The notes beneath the pieces are model-generated. The model saw only the letters and a program-made list of their open reading frames with translations, was not told where the DNA came from and ran no database searches. Below are positions 50,813-63,339 of a stretch of DNA of 64,000 bases, piece by piece (position 1 is the first letter of the stretch; every line of letters begins with the position of its first letter). The position numbers were made by a program, and so were the translations under genes. This DNA is from Azolla caroliniana (taxonomy: Eukaryota; Plantae; Polypodiophyta), in NCBI GenBank assembly GCA_043228905.1, contig JBHGNT010000012.1:20956001-21020000 (forward strand), read 5' to 3'.

Positions 50813-51030
50813 TGGGTCTCAATCTCCCATGCTTTGGGAAGGGTATGCTTCTCTCATGTTGGCTTACAACAGTCAAATGAATGGAAGAAAGTAAAGGCAG
50901 CTTCCATTCACACAGGAAAGCCTCATTTCCACTGTTTCTCTTTTCTTCTTCTTCTTCTTCTTCTTCCATCCATCCATCCATCCATTAATTCATACATACA
51001 TACATACATCTATCCATCCATTCTTCTGCC

Positions 51031-54000
51031 ATGGCGTCTACAGGCGATTCGATCTCATCTCGAGCAGTAAGTCTCCTCCCTTCTCTCCCTCTTTGGATCT
51101 ACGCCATGTCTCTTCTGAATGAGTTTTCCTTTGCGAACTTCTTTTGGTGCCGGAAATTTGCACACATTCCTTGCTGGCATTGCTACTCATGTGCTGCCCG
51201 AAGAAGGAATATTGGCGTTTCTTTCTTCTTGATTTGATCTCTCTCCCTCTCCCCCCCCCCCCCCCCCCCCCCCCCATCCGATCCTTCCAATGTTTCTTTA
51301 GATTTGAATTTTCACACTTTACGGCAGAATGTTATCTGGTACAAAATGCTCAGTATTTGCTGAAACATTCAGAAGAAGAATGTTATTTCGTTTTCCACGT
51401 ATTGCCTTGATTTCCCGCTTGATCCACTGCTTCTTTACTGATTTTGTTAGTTTTCATGTGGATTTCACAATAAAGCAAGACATCGTAAGTATTTCCAGAG
51501 AAATTGAGGAAAAAGTTCCATTTCTTCTGTGATTTGATTCTGCCTTTGTTGATCAATCCACTCTTTCCTTTGATGAGAATGTCCACCGTCTTGCCAAAAA
51601 TAATAAGTATCTCATCAAATTCAGAAAGTGCCTTCTTTTTTGGTGATTTAATGTGCTCTTTCTTTATCTATCCATTGATGCCTCACATTTGAATGTACGG
51701 ATTCAGGAATCTTTTGCAGAAATTTTATTGTAATGGTGTCTATGTTGTTATGTGGAATTGGACATTCTTGCTATAAATGTTTTGGTAAAATTCTGCCAAC
51801 ATAATACAGTAACAGCATCTATATCGTGAATTGAACTTGCAGATTCTTGCAAGAAAAGCTCACTAAATATGCTGTCTATTTTGCAAAGGATATATAGATT
51901 TTTTGTTTGATGCATCATTTTGTTTGATGTTTCATATGCATTATAAGAAATGATTAAGCATTGATAGATGCACATCGATGACATTTCTGTAAATGTTGAA
52001 TAATATGCCTTTCTAATGAGAGAGAAGCTTGAACTTGATATTCTCATTACATTAAGAAGTTCTAATTATGAGATTGAATAAAATAGATATTAGATTGGAA
52101 GATACGATTAACTATGATCTAAAGAGATATATTTTTACTCTACATCATGAACTTATTCACATGCATGCTTATAAAGTCTGCAAACATATATCTATATTCT
52201 AAAATTCAGGGCACATAAATGCTGCATGTGTACATTAATATACAGACATTATGTGCTGATAGATGTTCTATGTTATATATCACCTTGATTCAGGTAACTG
52301 TATATACTTAATACTCTAGCGACCATGTCAAATGGAATATTGTTTAAGATCTTGCCTATATTGTAAATGTAATCATGCAGTACTTTCTTCCATACTACAT
52401 ATTCTCTTGAATGGTGCACAATGACATCTTATGTAGATGTTTGTAATTGCAAACACTTGTGATAAATAACACAAGATTGTGGATTGAAAGTATATATATC
52501 CTCGCTTATTTGCATCATTCACATTTATTTTGGAATGTTTTTAATCCCACTCTGTCTAAACTGCTACATTATGTTGAACTAATCATTTTCATACGTTGTT
52601 CAAAGGTATGAGTTCTGTTTTGATCTTGTTAAAAATGTACAAAATAAACTGCATCATCTGTAAGGATTTTCAGAATGAATTTGTAGGTATCCTCTTCACA
52701 GCCATGAACTAGGAACATCATGCTTTTTCTTTTGCATTATATAAAATATGCTCTCGAGCTCTATAGGGGCAAAGAGGATTATCCCTACTGTTTCAAGAAG
52801 CCTAGTTTGGAAATTCTACATTTCAGGATGATAAGTATTTGCGATTGCTCAATTATTTGTTTTGTGAAATCATTCTCTCTTGCAGGTGAGGACTGTGAAA
52901 GTGAGCAACCTATCACCAAATACCGTTGAACGTGACATCCACGACTTTTTCTCGTTTTGTGGGGATATCGAACGTATTGCTCTTCAGAGGTTAGAGTTGT
53001 TCATAGTTTTTACGACACTAGTAAACTCTTATCAACACCATATTATTATCATACTAAGTATTTATCCTTTTACATTTGATAGTGCTGGAAATGAGTCAAA
53101 AGTTGCATATGTGGCTTTCAGGCATGCACATGCTTTGGAGACTGCTGTCCTATTATCTGTATAATACTTTCTTTGCTATCTGTCGTTCATGTTAGTTTCA
53201 TTTTACACTGGAAAATGCTTAAATATGTCTGTCTCTATTTATTTTTTCTAGGGTGCAACAATTGTCAACCAAGTTGTGACCATTACCAATGTTGATCATT
53301 TTCCTGAGGATGCTAATACACAAACATCTGTTGTAAGAGAGCTCATTCCAATTGTTTTTAATGTGATTTTTAAAACACATATGAAATATGTCATAAGAGT
53401 ATTTATTGTTGTGTTTATGATGAAACATGAGAGTCGTTTGTAAGAGAGCTCATTGATGTATTTGTATAATGTTAATATTCAGATATGTGACAGTAGCGTT
53501 CATCGCTGTGTGTTTTTAATGGGGTTTGATTTTTAGATACACAAAAATCTGTCATAAAAAGAGCTTATTTCGAAGTGTATCTGATGTGATTGCTTCCGAA
53601 TACACAAAAATCGGTTGTAAGAGAACTCTTTGTTATGTGATTTATGTTTTCATATACACGCTTATTACATTTCTTTCTGTCATTTTTAAATAAACAAAGG
53701 TCATAAGAGAGCATGTTACTGTATATATGTCTTACTAGTGATGTGTTTAAACACATACGTAAGTTGTTAAATAGTTCTTTCCAGTGTGTTTTTAATGTGG
53801 TTTGTGTATACTCATCTGAGATGAGAGAGCTCAGATTGTGGGTTCTAAAGTGATGGCTTTTTAAATATACAAAAAACATTCAGCTCAATGTGTTAGGTTT
53901 CCTAAATGCAAAGATGTGTCATATACAGCTTTTTGAATGTGGATTCTAATATAGGTTCAAGGGAAAAACTCCAAAACAAGTTTTTCCTTTTTTTTCGCCC

Positions 54001-54649
54001 AGATGTGGATGAATTGACAGTGTAATTGCTCAGATAGCACACTTAATTACTCTTTTGGGGTTAACCACGAGAATTTGGGGAAAAAAAGAAAAAAAAAAGG
54101 GTGCCTCAGTTTTTCTGTAATGTTTAGGGTCTAGTATGAGTTTTTTCCCCTCAACTTTATCCATTTGCTTGATTCAGGGTTCACTTTTTTACGTCTATCT
54201 TATTGATGCTACAGCCTGCTGGTGTCGAAGCCAGCCCAGTATTGGGTGCTATCTCCAAGGTACAAGATGTGGTGACTTCAATGCTCGCAACGGGTTATAT
54301 TCTTGGAAAAGATGCAATGGGTAATGCAAAATCTTTTGACGAGAGGCATCGAATTTCATCAAATGCAACAACCACGATATCTTCATTAGACTCCAGATTT
54401 GGTGTTACACAAACCATCACCTCTGGTACGTCGGTCGTTAACCAACATGTGAAAGCATTAGATGAGAAGTATCAAGTATCTGAAAAAACTCGTCGAGCTT
54501 TTTCTTTCGCTGAAGAGAAAGTAACCAATGCTAGTTCAGCTATTCTCAATAATAATTATGTGCTCTCTGGAGCTTCCTGGGTCACGGGAGCTTTCAACAA
54601 GGTGGCTAAAACAGCAATAGGAGAAACAAGCCAGAAACACTTTGGATGA
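51031..54649 (+). CDS. RRM protein of the BPA1/BPL (binding partner of ACD11) family, 5 exons, 243 aa
   Basis: Exons 51031-51066, 52886-52989, 53083-53158, 53252-53332, 54215-54649 (732 nt, in frame, GT-AG). VRTVKVSNLS...DIHDFFSFCGDIE...AYVAF...LETAVLLSGATIV, then DVVTSMLATGYILGKDA...FDERH...DEKYQVSEKT...GASWVTGAFNKVAK. Exon 1 is less certain. Confidence 0.9.
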
Positions 54650-55249
54650 AGAAGCAAGAAAGAAGGCTTAGTTAGGTATGCAGATAATAGTATTGACATG
54701 CTATTGTATTATTATTTTTTTGGAATGTGGGGATTCACATCATTGTGAAAGCTAGAAATTGGAAAATTTTATCTGGAGCCAATAATGATTCAAGGTGTAT
54801 GTGTGTATATATATATTTTCCATTTCTTCAGGACTTGTGTTCTGCCTTGAATTTATTGGGTCTTTACTAGCAGCACATTAGGTTTTTAGCTTTGAGTGAC
54901 GGATATGGATATGTATATGTAAATGAAGCTAGTAACGGTGGCACACTAAGAGCTTCTGAGACTGCTCTATTTTACCTTGTTTTCTGCTTTTAGATGTGAT
55001 ATGTCCATGTGCATGACTTGTTTAGATGGGTTCATTTCAAGTAGTAGAATTTATGCCAAGATCGTCATGACCGATATCTGTCTAGCTAATTGGGTTAGGG
55101 AAGTAGTTTTTTATTTTATTTCATTCTCCTGTTGGCATAAAAGGCTGACTCCTTCCAATTTGTATCCTAGTTGGGTTAGGGCTTAACATATAAGCAATAA
55201 CCTAACGGTGTAAAAGAGAGAGAACTTCTTGATCGTCTTGTATAGCGAT

Positions 55250-55251
<2 letters not shown>

Positions 55252-55296
<45 letters not shown>
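55252..55296. repeat. (GA)n microsatellite
   Basis: About 22 perfect GA units; others at ~59869-59892 (CT) and ~62882-62915 (GA). Confidence 0.95.
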
Positions 55297-55302
<6 letters not shown>

Positions 55303-56580
55303 TGCAATAACAGAGCTTCCATTAAAACTTAAACCATGTCTATCTTTTGTTGTATCTTCTTGCCTCCATTCTGTGTAGTTTGCTGAACACATACGACAGG
55401 TCCTCATACACACACACGTATGTTTCTGCTCATATTTGATCAACATCTCCAAAGAGGCTTCGGAGCAGTGTTGAGTCTTAAAAGATGGGTTCACAATACT
55501 TTCTTTGAAGGACCAGTTGATTGTGTTCCCGTGTTATGTTTGTGACACAATGGTAGTGTGAGCTGCATTGTTTGATCCTCGATATTGTATTGATGTGATA
55601 GTGTAGTGGTAAAGCAACACTAATGTTGTGTGGGCTCTACTAAATTGATTTTTAATGTGATGTTAATGATTAAAAACCCTTCACAATTCACTATGTTGTT
55701 CTTGAACTTGATTTACATGGGATTGTGATCCGTTTATTATGGAGCCATTTAGTCTTCAGTCAATTGAGTTTGAATAAGTTCATCGATGGGCCCTCATAAT
55801 ATTCTTGCTATCACTAATGGGCCTACATAACGTTCCACTTCAAGTTGGTATAGTACCTATCCTAATACATCTTTGTACTGCTCAAGTTTGAGCTGCATAT
55901 GGTTACCATGTAGGTCAATACAACTCATAGATCACACTAGGGAGTAACAAACCAAACCTTTCTCATGAAGGATGTGCAATATGGAATGCACATGCAGTAA
56001 ATCTATTGCCAAGGAATGGCAAATAAAAGAGTTCCACCGATTGATTCAAGTTGTCTTGCAATGCTTGTAACAATTGGATATGTTGTGTGAAAATTTACTA
56101 TTCAATATGTTTAGTCGTCCTTGCACATCGGTGGAAAAAATTGAAAATAAGTTGCACCTCATAACGAGACAATGAGCCAATATCAAAGATGTATATGGTA
56201 TGTATTTTCAATCATTATTTGTTGATTGCTAGATTCATTCTCATTATTAATTCCTACCAATTGGCAACTTATGTTGTAGTTTATAGTTGTTATATTTTAT
56301 GGATATAAGAGATGGATTATGGTATAACTTACATGTTTTGGATGACCGCTCCACAAGGTTGCTTGTCTACGAACAATAGGCATATGCTACTTCCACCCAA
56401 AAACTCAATCCATGTATTGTATGCGAATGGGTAAAGGTTTCCCACTCGAGTTCGATGAGGACCAATTGCGTGACTTTGAAAGAGCTTTCGGAGGGCTTAA
56501 TCCCGAAACTCTAGTGTTGGTCAATGAGGAACGACAGTTTTCTTTCGGTTTGGAAACGGGTCATCGAATCCTATTGTCTA

Positions 56581-57010
56581 GTCAACGAGGTTTGGTTGGC
56601 CGACTCCAAAAAAAGGTGGGAAGAGTAATGTGGACTAGATTGGACTTGACTTCTTGGCTCGGAACAACTTTTGGACCAGAGAGACTGAGTCGCTCCGGGA
56701 AAGGGGCCATCGAGTCGTAATGTCAGGTCAATGAGGACCGGCCGGTCCAACTCTAGAAAAGCGTTGGAAGACTAACGTGAACCCGACTAGAATTGTCTTC
56801 TTGACTCTCGAGCATAGCTTGGGGACCAGAGAGAGACGGACTCGCTCTGGAAAAAGGGTTGTAGAATCCTAAAGCCGGGTCTATGAGGACTGGTGGGGTC
56901 CAGACTCATGGGAAAGCATTGGTTTGACTAACGTGGGTCAATGACGGCCGGGCTTGACTTTTGCTTGACTCTTCACACAGCAAGCAGCCTTCTTAGGGAC
57001 CAAGAGAGAA
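56581..57010. repeat. Diverged GC-richer tandem repeat, 3 x ~150 bp, upstream of the thioesterase gene
   Basis: Units start GTC(A/T)A(T/C)GAGG at ~56581, 56727 and 56879; each has GACTC...GA(C/G)TAA(C/T)GTG...CTTG...GGACCA(A)GAGAGA. Partial units at ~56452 and ~56520. Confidence 0.75.
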
Positions 57011-57216
57011 CTTGTACATACTCCTCCCTTCAAGCAAAACAGAGAAGAGGAATTGATGACCTCACTCTTCATGATGGAGAAAATGAAGAAGAAGAAGAAG
57101 AAGAAGAAGAAGATAAATATAGAAAGAGAAAGACTATGACCATTACCATCTTTTACTGTATCAGATAGATAGATAGTACAGAAGGAATCTCAGAAGAAGA
57201 AAGTCTCATTGTGGTA

Positions 57217-58845
57217 ATGTCTTCTTCTTCTTCTTCTTCTTCTTCTCCTTCTTCATCACCATCACTATCATTATCGTCATCATCTTCTTCTCCTATACCA
57301 AACCCTAAGGAAATCGTGGAGCTATGGCTTTCTCAGAAGCACACCATGGTGCAGCACATTCCCACAACTCATCAGATCCATGAGGGTCTCATTCTCGGCC
57401 CTCTTCGCGTCGACACCATCGAACCTGGCCGCGTCGTCTGCTCCCTTCGCGTCCCAGCTTCACTTACTGTGAGTAGTCAGCTTTTTTTTGCTCTTCGTCT
57501 TTTGGGGAAACTTAAGAGTTTTACTAAATAGTTTAGAGTTTCGTTTTGCTTCTTCGTTTTTAGGAAAATCAGGGTCTTGATGGAAACTTTTAGGGGTTTT
57601 GAGAATTTAGAGTTTCCAGGATGTAGGTTTTTGAGGATTTAGGGTTTTCATACTGTTTACGAATTTCGGCTTTTTCCTTGGGATTTTAAAGCCTCCTTTA
57701 TATTGAGTAGTTATGGAAGATTAGAGTTTTGAATATTAAGGGTTTGGAAAAATTTTAATTGAAAATTCGGAGTTCTGGAAATTTAGGGTTTTGAAAGGCT
57801 AGGATATTTTGAATATTCAAGGCTTTCAATTTGGAGTTTGGGGTCTTTATGAATTAGGCTTTTTGTTTTGGAAAAATTAGGGCTTTTTTCTGTGGATTCA
57901 AGAAACTCAATACGGTGTAGGTTTTGTTTTGATACCGAGCTGGTGGAATTGATGTAGAATTCATCCCAAATGTTGCACGAGGGTGTCATTGCAAGCATTG
58001 TGGATAACATTGGGGTGGCCGCATTCGCATCAATCGATGGACACATCAGGGTCTCCGTTGACATTAATGTCTCCTACGTGTCTTCTGCACAGATCGATGT
58101 AAGTTATTCCTGTGATTGTTGCAAGGTTCTTTGTTCTTTACCCATCTATGTTACTGTAGTCGTTATACCTTATGGCCTTTAAGAGGATTGGTCCAATCAT
58201 TGTTGATGTGATTTCGATTTAATGGTTTGCTTTCATGCTATGGTTTCTCATATCGGATATGAAAAACAAGCAAGGAGCCCAAATGGCATACCTTGTATTC
58301 CTCATAAGAAATGAATATAAGCTATATTCGTATTCCTCATATTGGATACAAAAGATTGAAATTCCAATGCAGCATACATCACTATTAATACATAGAAATG
58401 AACATATCTATTGATCTATCTACCTATCTATATGTTTCTCAGTCGGTTTGGATGTGAAAGAGTGAAATCAAATGCATTATATATCCTTGTTTAATATATA
58501 CTAGAAAATGAACATGTATATATATGTGCGTGCGTGTGTGTGTTTATTGCATTGGATTTGAAAGAGTTAAATACCTAAATGCCATGCAATATCCTCGTTG
58601 ACTCTGGAAATGAAATGACAAAATCATTCTATATATTTGCTAAAACACATTTTTGAAGTGAACATCGTCTTAAATATCGAGAGAATTTTGGCTATATGTA
58701 TTTGAAGGATGAGATTATGATCGAAGCCAAGATTTTGAATTATGCAAACCCTATTGGTGTAGCGGTTGTGGTTCTTACAAATAAGAGTACGGGGAAGATC
58801 ATTGCTCAAGGTCGGCACACCATGTACTATTGGAGCAAGCTCTAA
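57217..58845 (+). CDS. Hot-dog-fold acyl-CoA thioesterase (ACOT13/THEM2/PaaI-like), 3 exons, 176 aa, C-terminal PTS1 (SKL)
   Basis: Exons 57217-57468, 57958-58098, 58708-58845 (all phase 0, GT-AG). LRVDTIEPGRVVCSLRVP..LTN...LHEGVIASIVD...VSVDINVSY...IEAKIL...TGKIIAQGRHTMYYWSKL*. Poly-Ser N-terminus. Confidence 0.92.
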
Positions 58846-60707
58846 GTTTTGGCTTTCAACTTTCCAATTGCTACTATTAAGGGAATAATCCTCACTAATC
58901 ATGATTTTCTTTCAATCATTAAGACTCATCACCACTAACCCTAATCAAGAAGTTTGCTTAGCAAATTAAGGGTCATTGCCTCCAAAGGTCGCTCAATATT
59001 GAATATGAGAACTTACTGCACATTACAAAGCCACAAATCATTCTTTAAAATTGAACGAAATATTCTGGATTCTGTAAGCATAATTTGATGATTCATTATT
59101 TGCCAACGACCAACTATTTGTTGGCAATATTTCCATTGCCCCTATATATTTGTATGTTGAAGTGGTTCTCCTTATGTTTGAGAAACCTTGCATTTGAGTT
59201 ACTTGGCATAAGTAACTGCAGTAAAGAGGAGTCGAACTGCTCATTAGCTCGAAAAGCAAGGGAAACTGTTTGCATCTCTTTTATGTCACCATCACACCTT
59301 AAGAGGAAGGGAGAAAGAAAAGAGGCTTTATATGATTGAAAACTAGACCAGCAAAAGGTGTTGAATTGTTAGTCACACTTGAACATTTAAGTACCTCATT
59401 CTCATAGTAGTTTCAGCTGCCCCATATCATGAATGCATATTGTGGTAGGCATTGAAATTGTGCTTTTCCATATCTTGAATCCATTCCACGCTTGATAATT
59501 GATAATCAAAATGTTTGTGCCTTTTTTTCTAACACAATGATCGTGTGCCATTTTCTCTAACATTTGAGATTGGGACTCTCTCAAGGGAAAGAGGTAAGGC
59601 AGTTTACATACAAGTTTGTAATTGGGTATCATGTCAATAAGGTGTATGATATAATGAGAGGGATGTAAACACGGAGAAAGGTTCTTAGATAATATAGGGA
59701 TTGATCGTGACAAGTAAAACTATCTACGTACATACTATCACAAAATATAGGTTCTAAAGTCATGATGTTTTGGTGTCTCTTGAACGATCTTACTAATTGT
59801 ATCATACTAAGGTTTAAAAGGTAAAAATGCCTAGCATCTTAAAGATAAAAGCACACTACAAGCGTTTGCTCTCTCTCTCTCTCTCTCTCTCTAATTAAGC
59901 ATTCTTGTTCAAAATTACTAACAATGACAATGAGCTTTTCATGAGAGACTTTTTTAGTATGTAACTAAAATTCACAATAATTTGGTTGCCAAGTGTAAAC
60001 TCATAATAGTTTTTGGTTTGTACACAAGAATATATCTCAAGCAACTTTACAACACTTCCATTCTTTAGAGCCAACACCATCAATATCTAGTACAAATTAC
60101 GACGACAATGAACCAAATTTTACGAATAGCTTTTCAAACTCTTCCGATAGCTAGGCTATATACCAGATGCTTGTCCACATAAAAAAACACAAGTAATGAA
60201 GTATCACTGGATCAAACGAAGCACCATATCATTAATCATCACAAATTAGCTAGGCAATTAGGACTCTATATGTACTAGCATCACCAAACCCATATCTTTT
60301 TTGTTTGGTGATAATAAATAATTATTTCATTGTCATACACTAATTCATTGCGCTCATCGCTTATCACATGTTGCATAGAAAATTGACAATGATATGGGTA
60401 TTTTATATGTACAACCATCACATTATTTACTTTGTAAAGTCACAAAAGTGCAGTTAGATTTTTTACACAAACCATCTTCTCATTATCTAATTCATAACCC
60501 ATTGTCATGACATTTCTCAAATAGGTCCTAATTTTGCCCACATAATTGAGTTCTCTTGACACAAATACAAACTCATGACATCCTTACCCAACTACCTAGA
60601 TTGTTTCATGAACCTATCCAAACATCTCATATTAATTTATCCCATGGATGATGGGAGACTCCCCATTTATTCCAATATGTAAATGTTAAAATAAATTGTA
60701 TTAAATA

Positions 60708-60819
60708 GGTGTCAATAGCTTAGTGGTTAAGGTTATTGATTGTGTGGGAGAACATTTGGAGTTTGAAGGCCTAGCATTTGTCTATGGGCGGTACTATCAT
60801 GCAATACCTCTTTTTTTTT
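60708..60819 (+). mobile_element. Possible decayed tRNA-derived SINE or tRNA pseudogene
   Basis: A-box-like TAGCTTAGTGG (60716-60726), degenerate B-box-like GAGTTTGAAG about 35 nt later, and a T-run at ~60811-60819. Confidence 0.3.
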
Positions 60820-61662
60820 CGTCACCGAACTACCCTTTCTAGCATTTTGATGAAAGGGGCTCCTCTCTCAGTATATAAAGGGGAGGAGAGGGCTTATTTT
60901 GGGGTTTGGCTTTAGTATATAGACAGAAGTTCTTCAACCGGCAAACCATGTCCAAATTTTTGCTTGATTCAAAGCCCAATGGTTACATCATGTAAACGTC
61001 TTCCTCAAGCTAGCTTTGGAGGAAGGTGTTCTTCATGTCCATTTGATGCAAGTGGCACCTTTTTGGTATTGTGAGTGCATTTAGTGCCTGCACGATAAGT
61101 CATTTTTTCCCCAAGGCAAATGTTCCTCACAGTTTACGTTGTGGTTTTGGACATACCCCTTGGAAAGTAAATGAGCCTTAAAACCAATTAACTATGCCAT
61201 CCACATTGTGCTTGATCTTGAATGCCCAAACACAAATGATTGACTTGTTCTTAGCTTCGGACAAGTATTGTTGTCGACCAACGCTCGCACCTCGTCCCTC
61301 ATTGGCTCAATCCATTGGGGAACTTGGGGAACTTTTAAGTCTTGGGTTCTTGGTATATCGCTCTAGTGTAGGTCATGGTTGTCAAATCAAATTGCCAAGA
61401 TTTTATTCAAGAGGAGAACATATAAATAAATGTGATGGTTGGGGGAAAGAGTGTGAGGTTATGCAAAATAGATGTCGGAGAGAATTGAATGAAATTTGAA
61501 TACTTTTATTACCTGAATATACTTGTCCTTTGATGTGGCTATTCTTTTCACGTAAAATGCAATGTAGTTCCCTATTCTATAAACAAACAAAATTCTCCTT
61601 AGTAGACATGCACACATGCCACTTTTCTCCATTTATAAGCTTTCAATGGTAGCTCCATATTT

Positions 61663-62175
61663 TTTCTTCAATTTGAAAATCTTACAATGAATGAGCGATG
61701 AGAAAACACATCATTCATTGCCGATAAGACATGCCATCATTTGTGGGTTATCATGTTGTGTTTCACACATAAAACTAGAATATCGTTGACATAGGAATCA
61801 ACCCAAGGAAGAAGCCCCACATGTACATTTGGAGAAAGCGGTCTATATTCTTTCTTCAATTTGAAAATCTTACAATAAATGAGCGATGAGAAAGTGCATC
61901 ATTCATTGTGAATGAGATATGTCATCATTTGTGGGTTATCGTGTTGTACTTCACACATAAAACTAGAATGTCACTGACATATGAATCAGCCCATGAAAGA
62001 AGACCCAACATGTAGTATGTACATATGGAGAAAGCAGTCCATGTTCTTTCTTTAATTTCAAAATCTTACGAGAAAATGAGCGATGAGAAAGTGCACCATT
62101 CATTGCTAGTGAGATATGTCATCACTTTTGGGGTATCGCAATGTTAGTGACATAAGAATCAACCCAAGGAAGAAT
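61663..62175. repeat. Tandem repeat, about 2.7 x 190 bp
   Basis: TTTCTT.AATTT.AAAATCTTAC...AATGAGCGATGAGAAA starts at 61663, 61851 and 62047; the third unit is internally deleted. Confidence 0.9.
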
Positions 62176-62877
62176 GTCATTGAAATTGAAAACAACCCAA
62201 GAAGAACAAATATGAATGACCAAAATCGAGGCATGATCTTGACAATCAATTGCAATGATGACCATAAAATTTGTGTGCAAATGTCACACATAGGAACAAT
62301 ACAATTGAATGCAACTATTCCAAAGAAAACAATTTGTTTGCAGATAATTGCCATCTTTATCATGACTGTACTTAAAGAAGATTTTCTCAGCACATAGAGT
62401 TGGTAATCATTTGCTAAGTGAAGATGTTTTATTTCTCAAAGATGTCGCAAGATTTGTACTACTATCCAATACATTCAACTAACCCACAATCATTGAAAAC
62501 CAGAAAGACAAAGTGATTGATTCCGTGCCACGATCAAGGCTGAGAGTGAAGTCTTTGATCTAGGAGAATTGTCTAGACAATTGGACATGCCCAAGTTCAG
62601 ATGTGTTCCCAAGCTTATTGGGTATAGAATTAGAGTGAGAGGTAGACATCACTCGTGTTTGTGTGAGGCAGCAGGCAGAGTTGAGATTACTCTAACCTGC
62701 TTCTCTTTTGTTTTTTGTTTTTTTACACATGCAATACAGGGATATGATTATTTATTATCACCTGCTTTTCTTATACACATGGCTGTGGGGATGATTGCCA
62801 TCTTTATTATTTTGTATCCCTCCCAACTTCAGGTGTAGAAGAAGATGTTTTACTTCTTCATCATCAGGATTCAGCAC

Positions 62878-62922
<45 letters not shown>

Positions 62923-63339
62923 TGGCATGCATCATCTCACATCATTGGGCTATCTGAAGACTCATGTTTATTTATTTTCCCAATGATGGATTGATGCATG
63001 ATCACGATAGAAAAACTCCTCCGTAGACATGTAAGATACATAATACACCACGATCATTCTCAAACGAAGTACAAAAAACATACTTACTGTTTTTATATTA
63101 TTGATTCGTCCAATGATGAGAAAAGCATGAAGATTCACTAACTTTACAGCAAAAGAAGAAAACAAACCCTATAAAGCTATGCCTTAGAAGCAAGCTCAAC
63201 TGGCAGCGCGGCATGCAGAACGAAGACATCACCGTAGCAAAACAATCTTCATCTCCACTGTCCATGGACAGCGAATCACTCAGCTCTTGGGACTAGGAGG
63301 ACAAGTATATAGGCAGAGACTAGAAGCAACACTAGCGGC

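Noticed and set aside
50609-50981. Tyr/Val/Ile-rich ORFs
   Set aside because: Translations of microsatellite sequence.
51251-51275. Poly-C tract as a coding poly-Pro or functional G-quadruplex
   Set aside because: Lies in intron 1 of the RRM gene; nothing beyond base composition supports a function.
56412-56720. 102-aa ORF as a gene
   Set aside because: Overlaps the degenerate tandem repeat; no recognisable domain.
6519-58845. Functional gene cluster or horizontally acquired operon
   Set aside because: The genes are intron-rich, conserved plant housekeeping types from unrelated pathways; there is no bacterial-like segment.
59402-59713. Gypsy integrase zinc-finger remnant
   Set aside because: Only a vague resemblance (AHDH...WNG); too weak to call.
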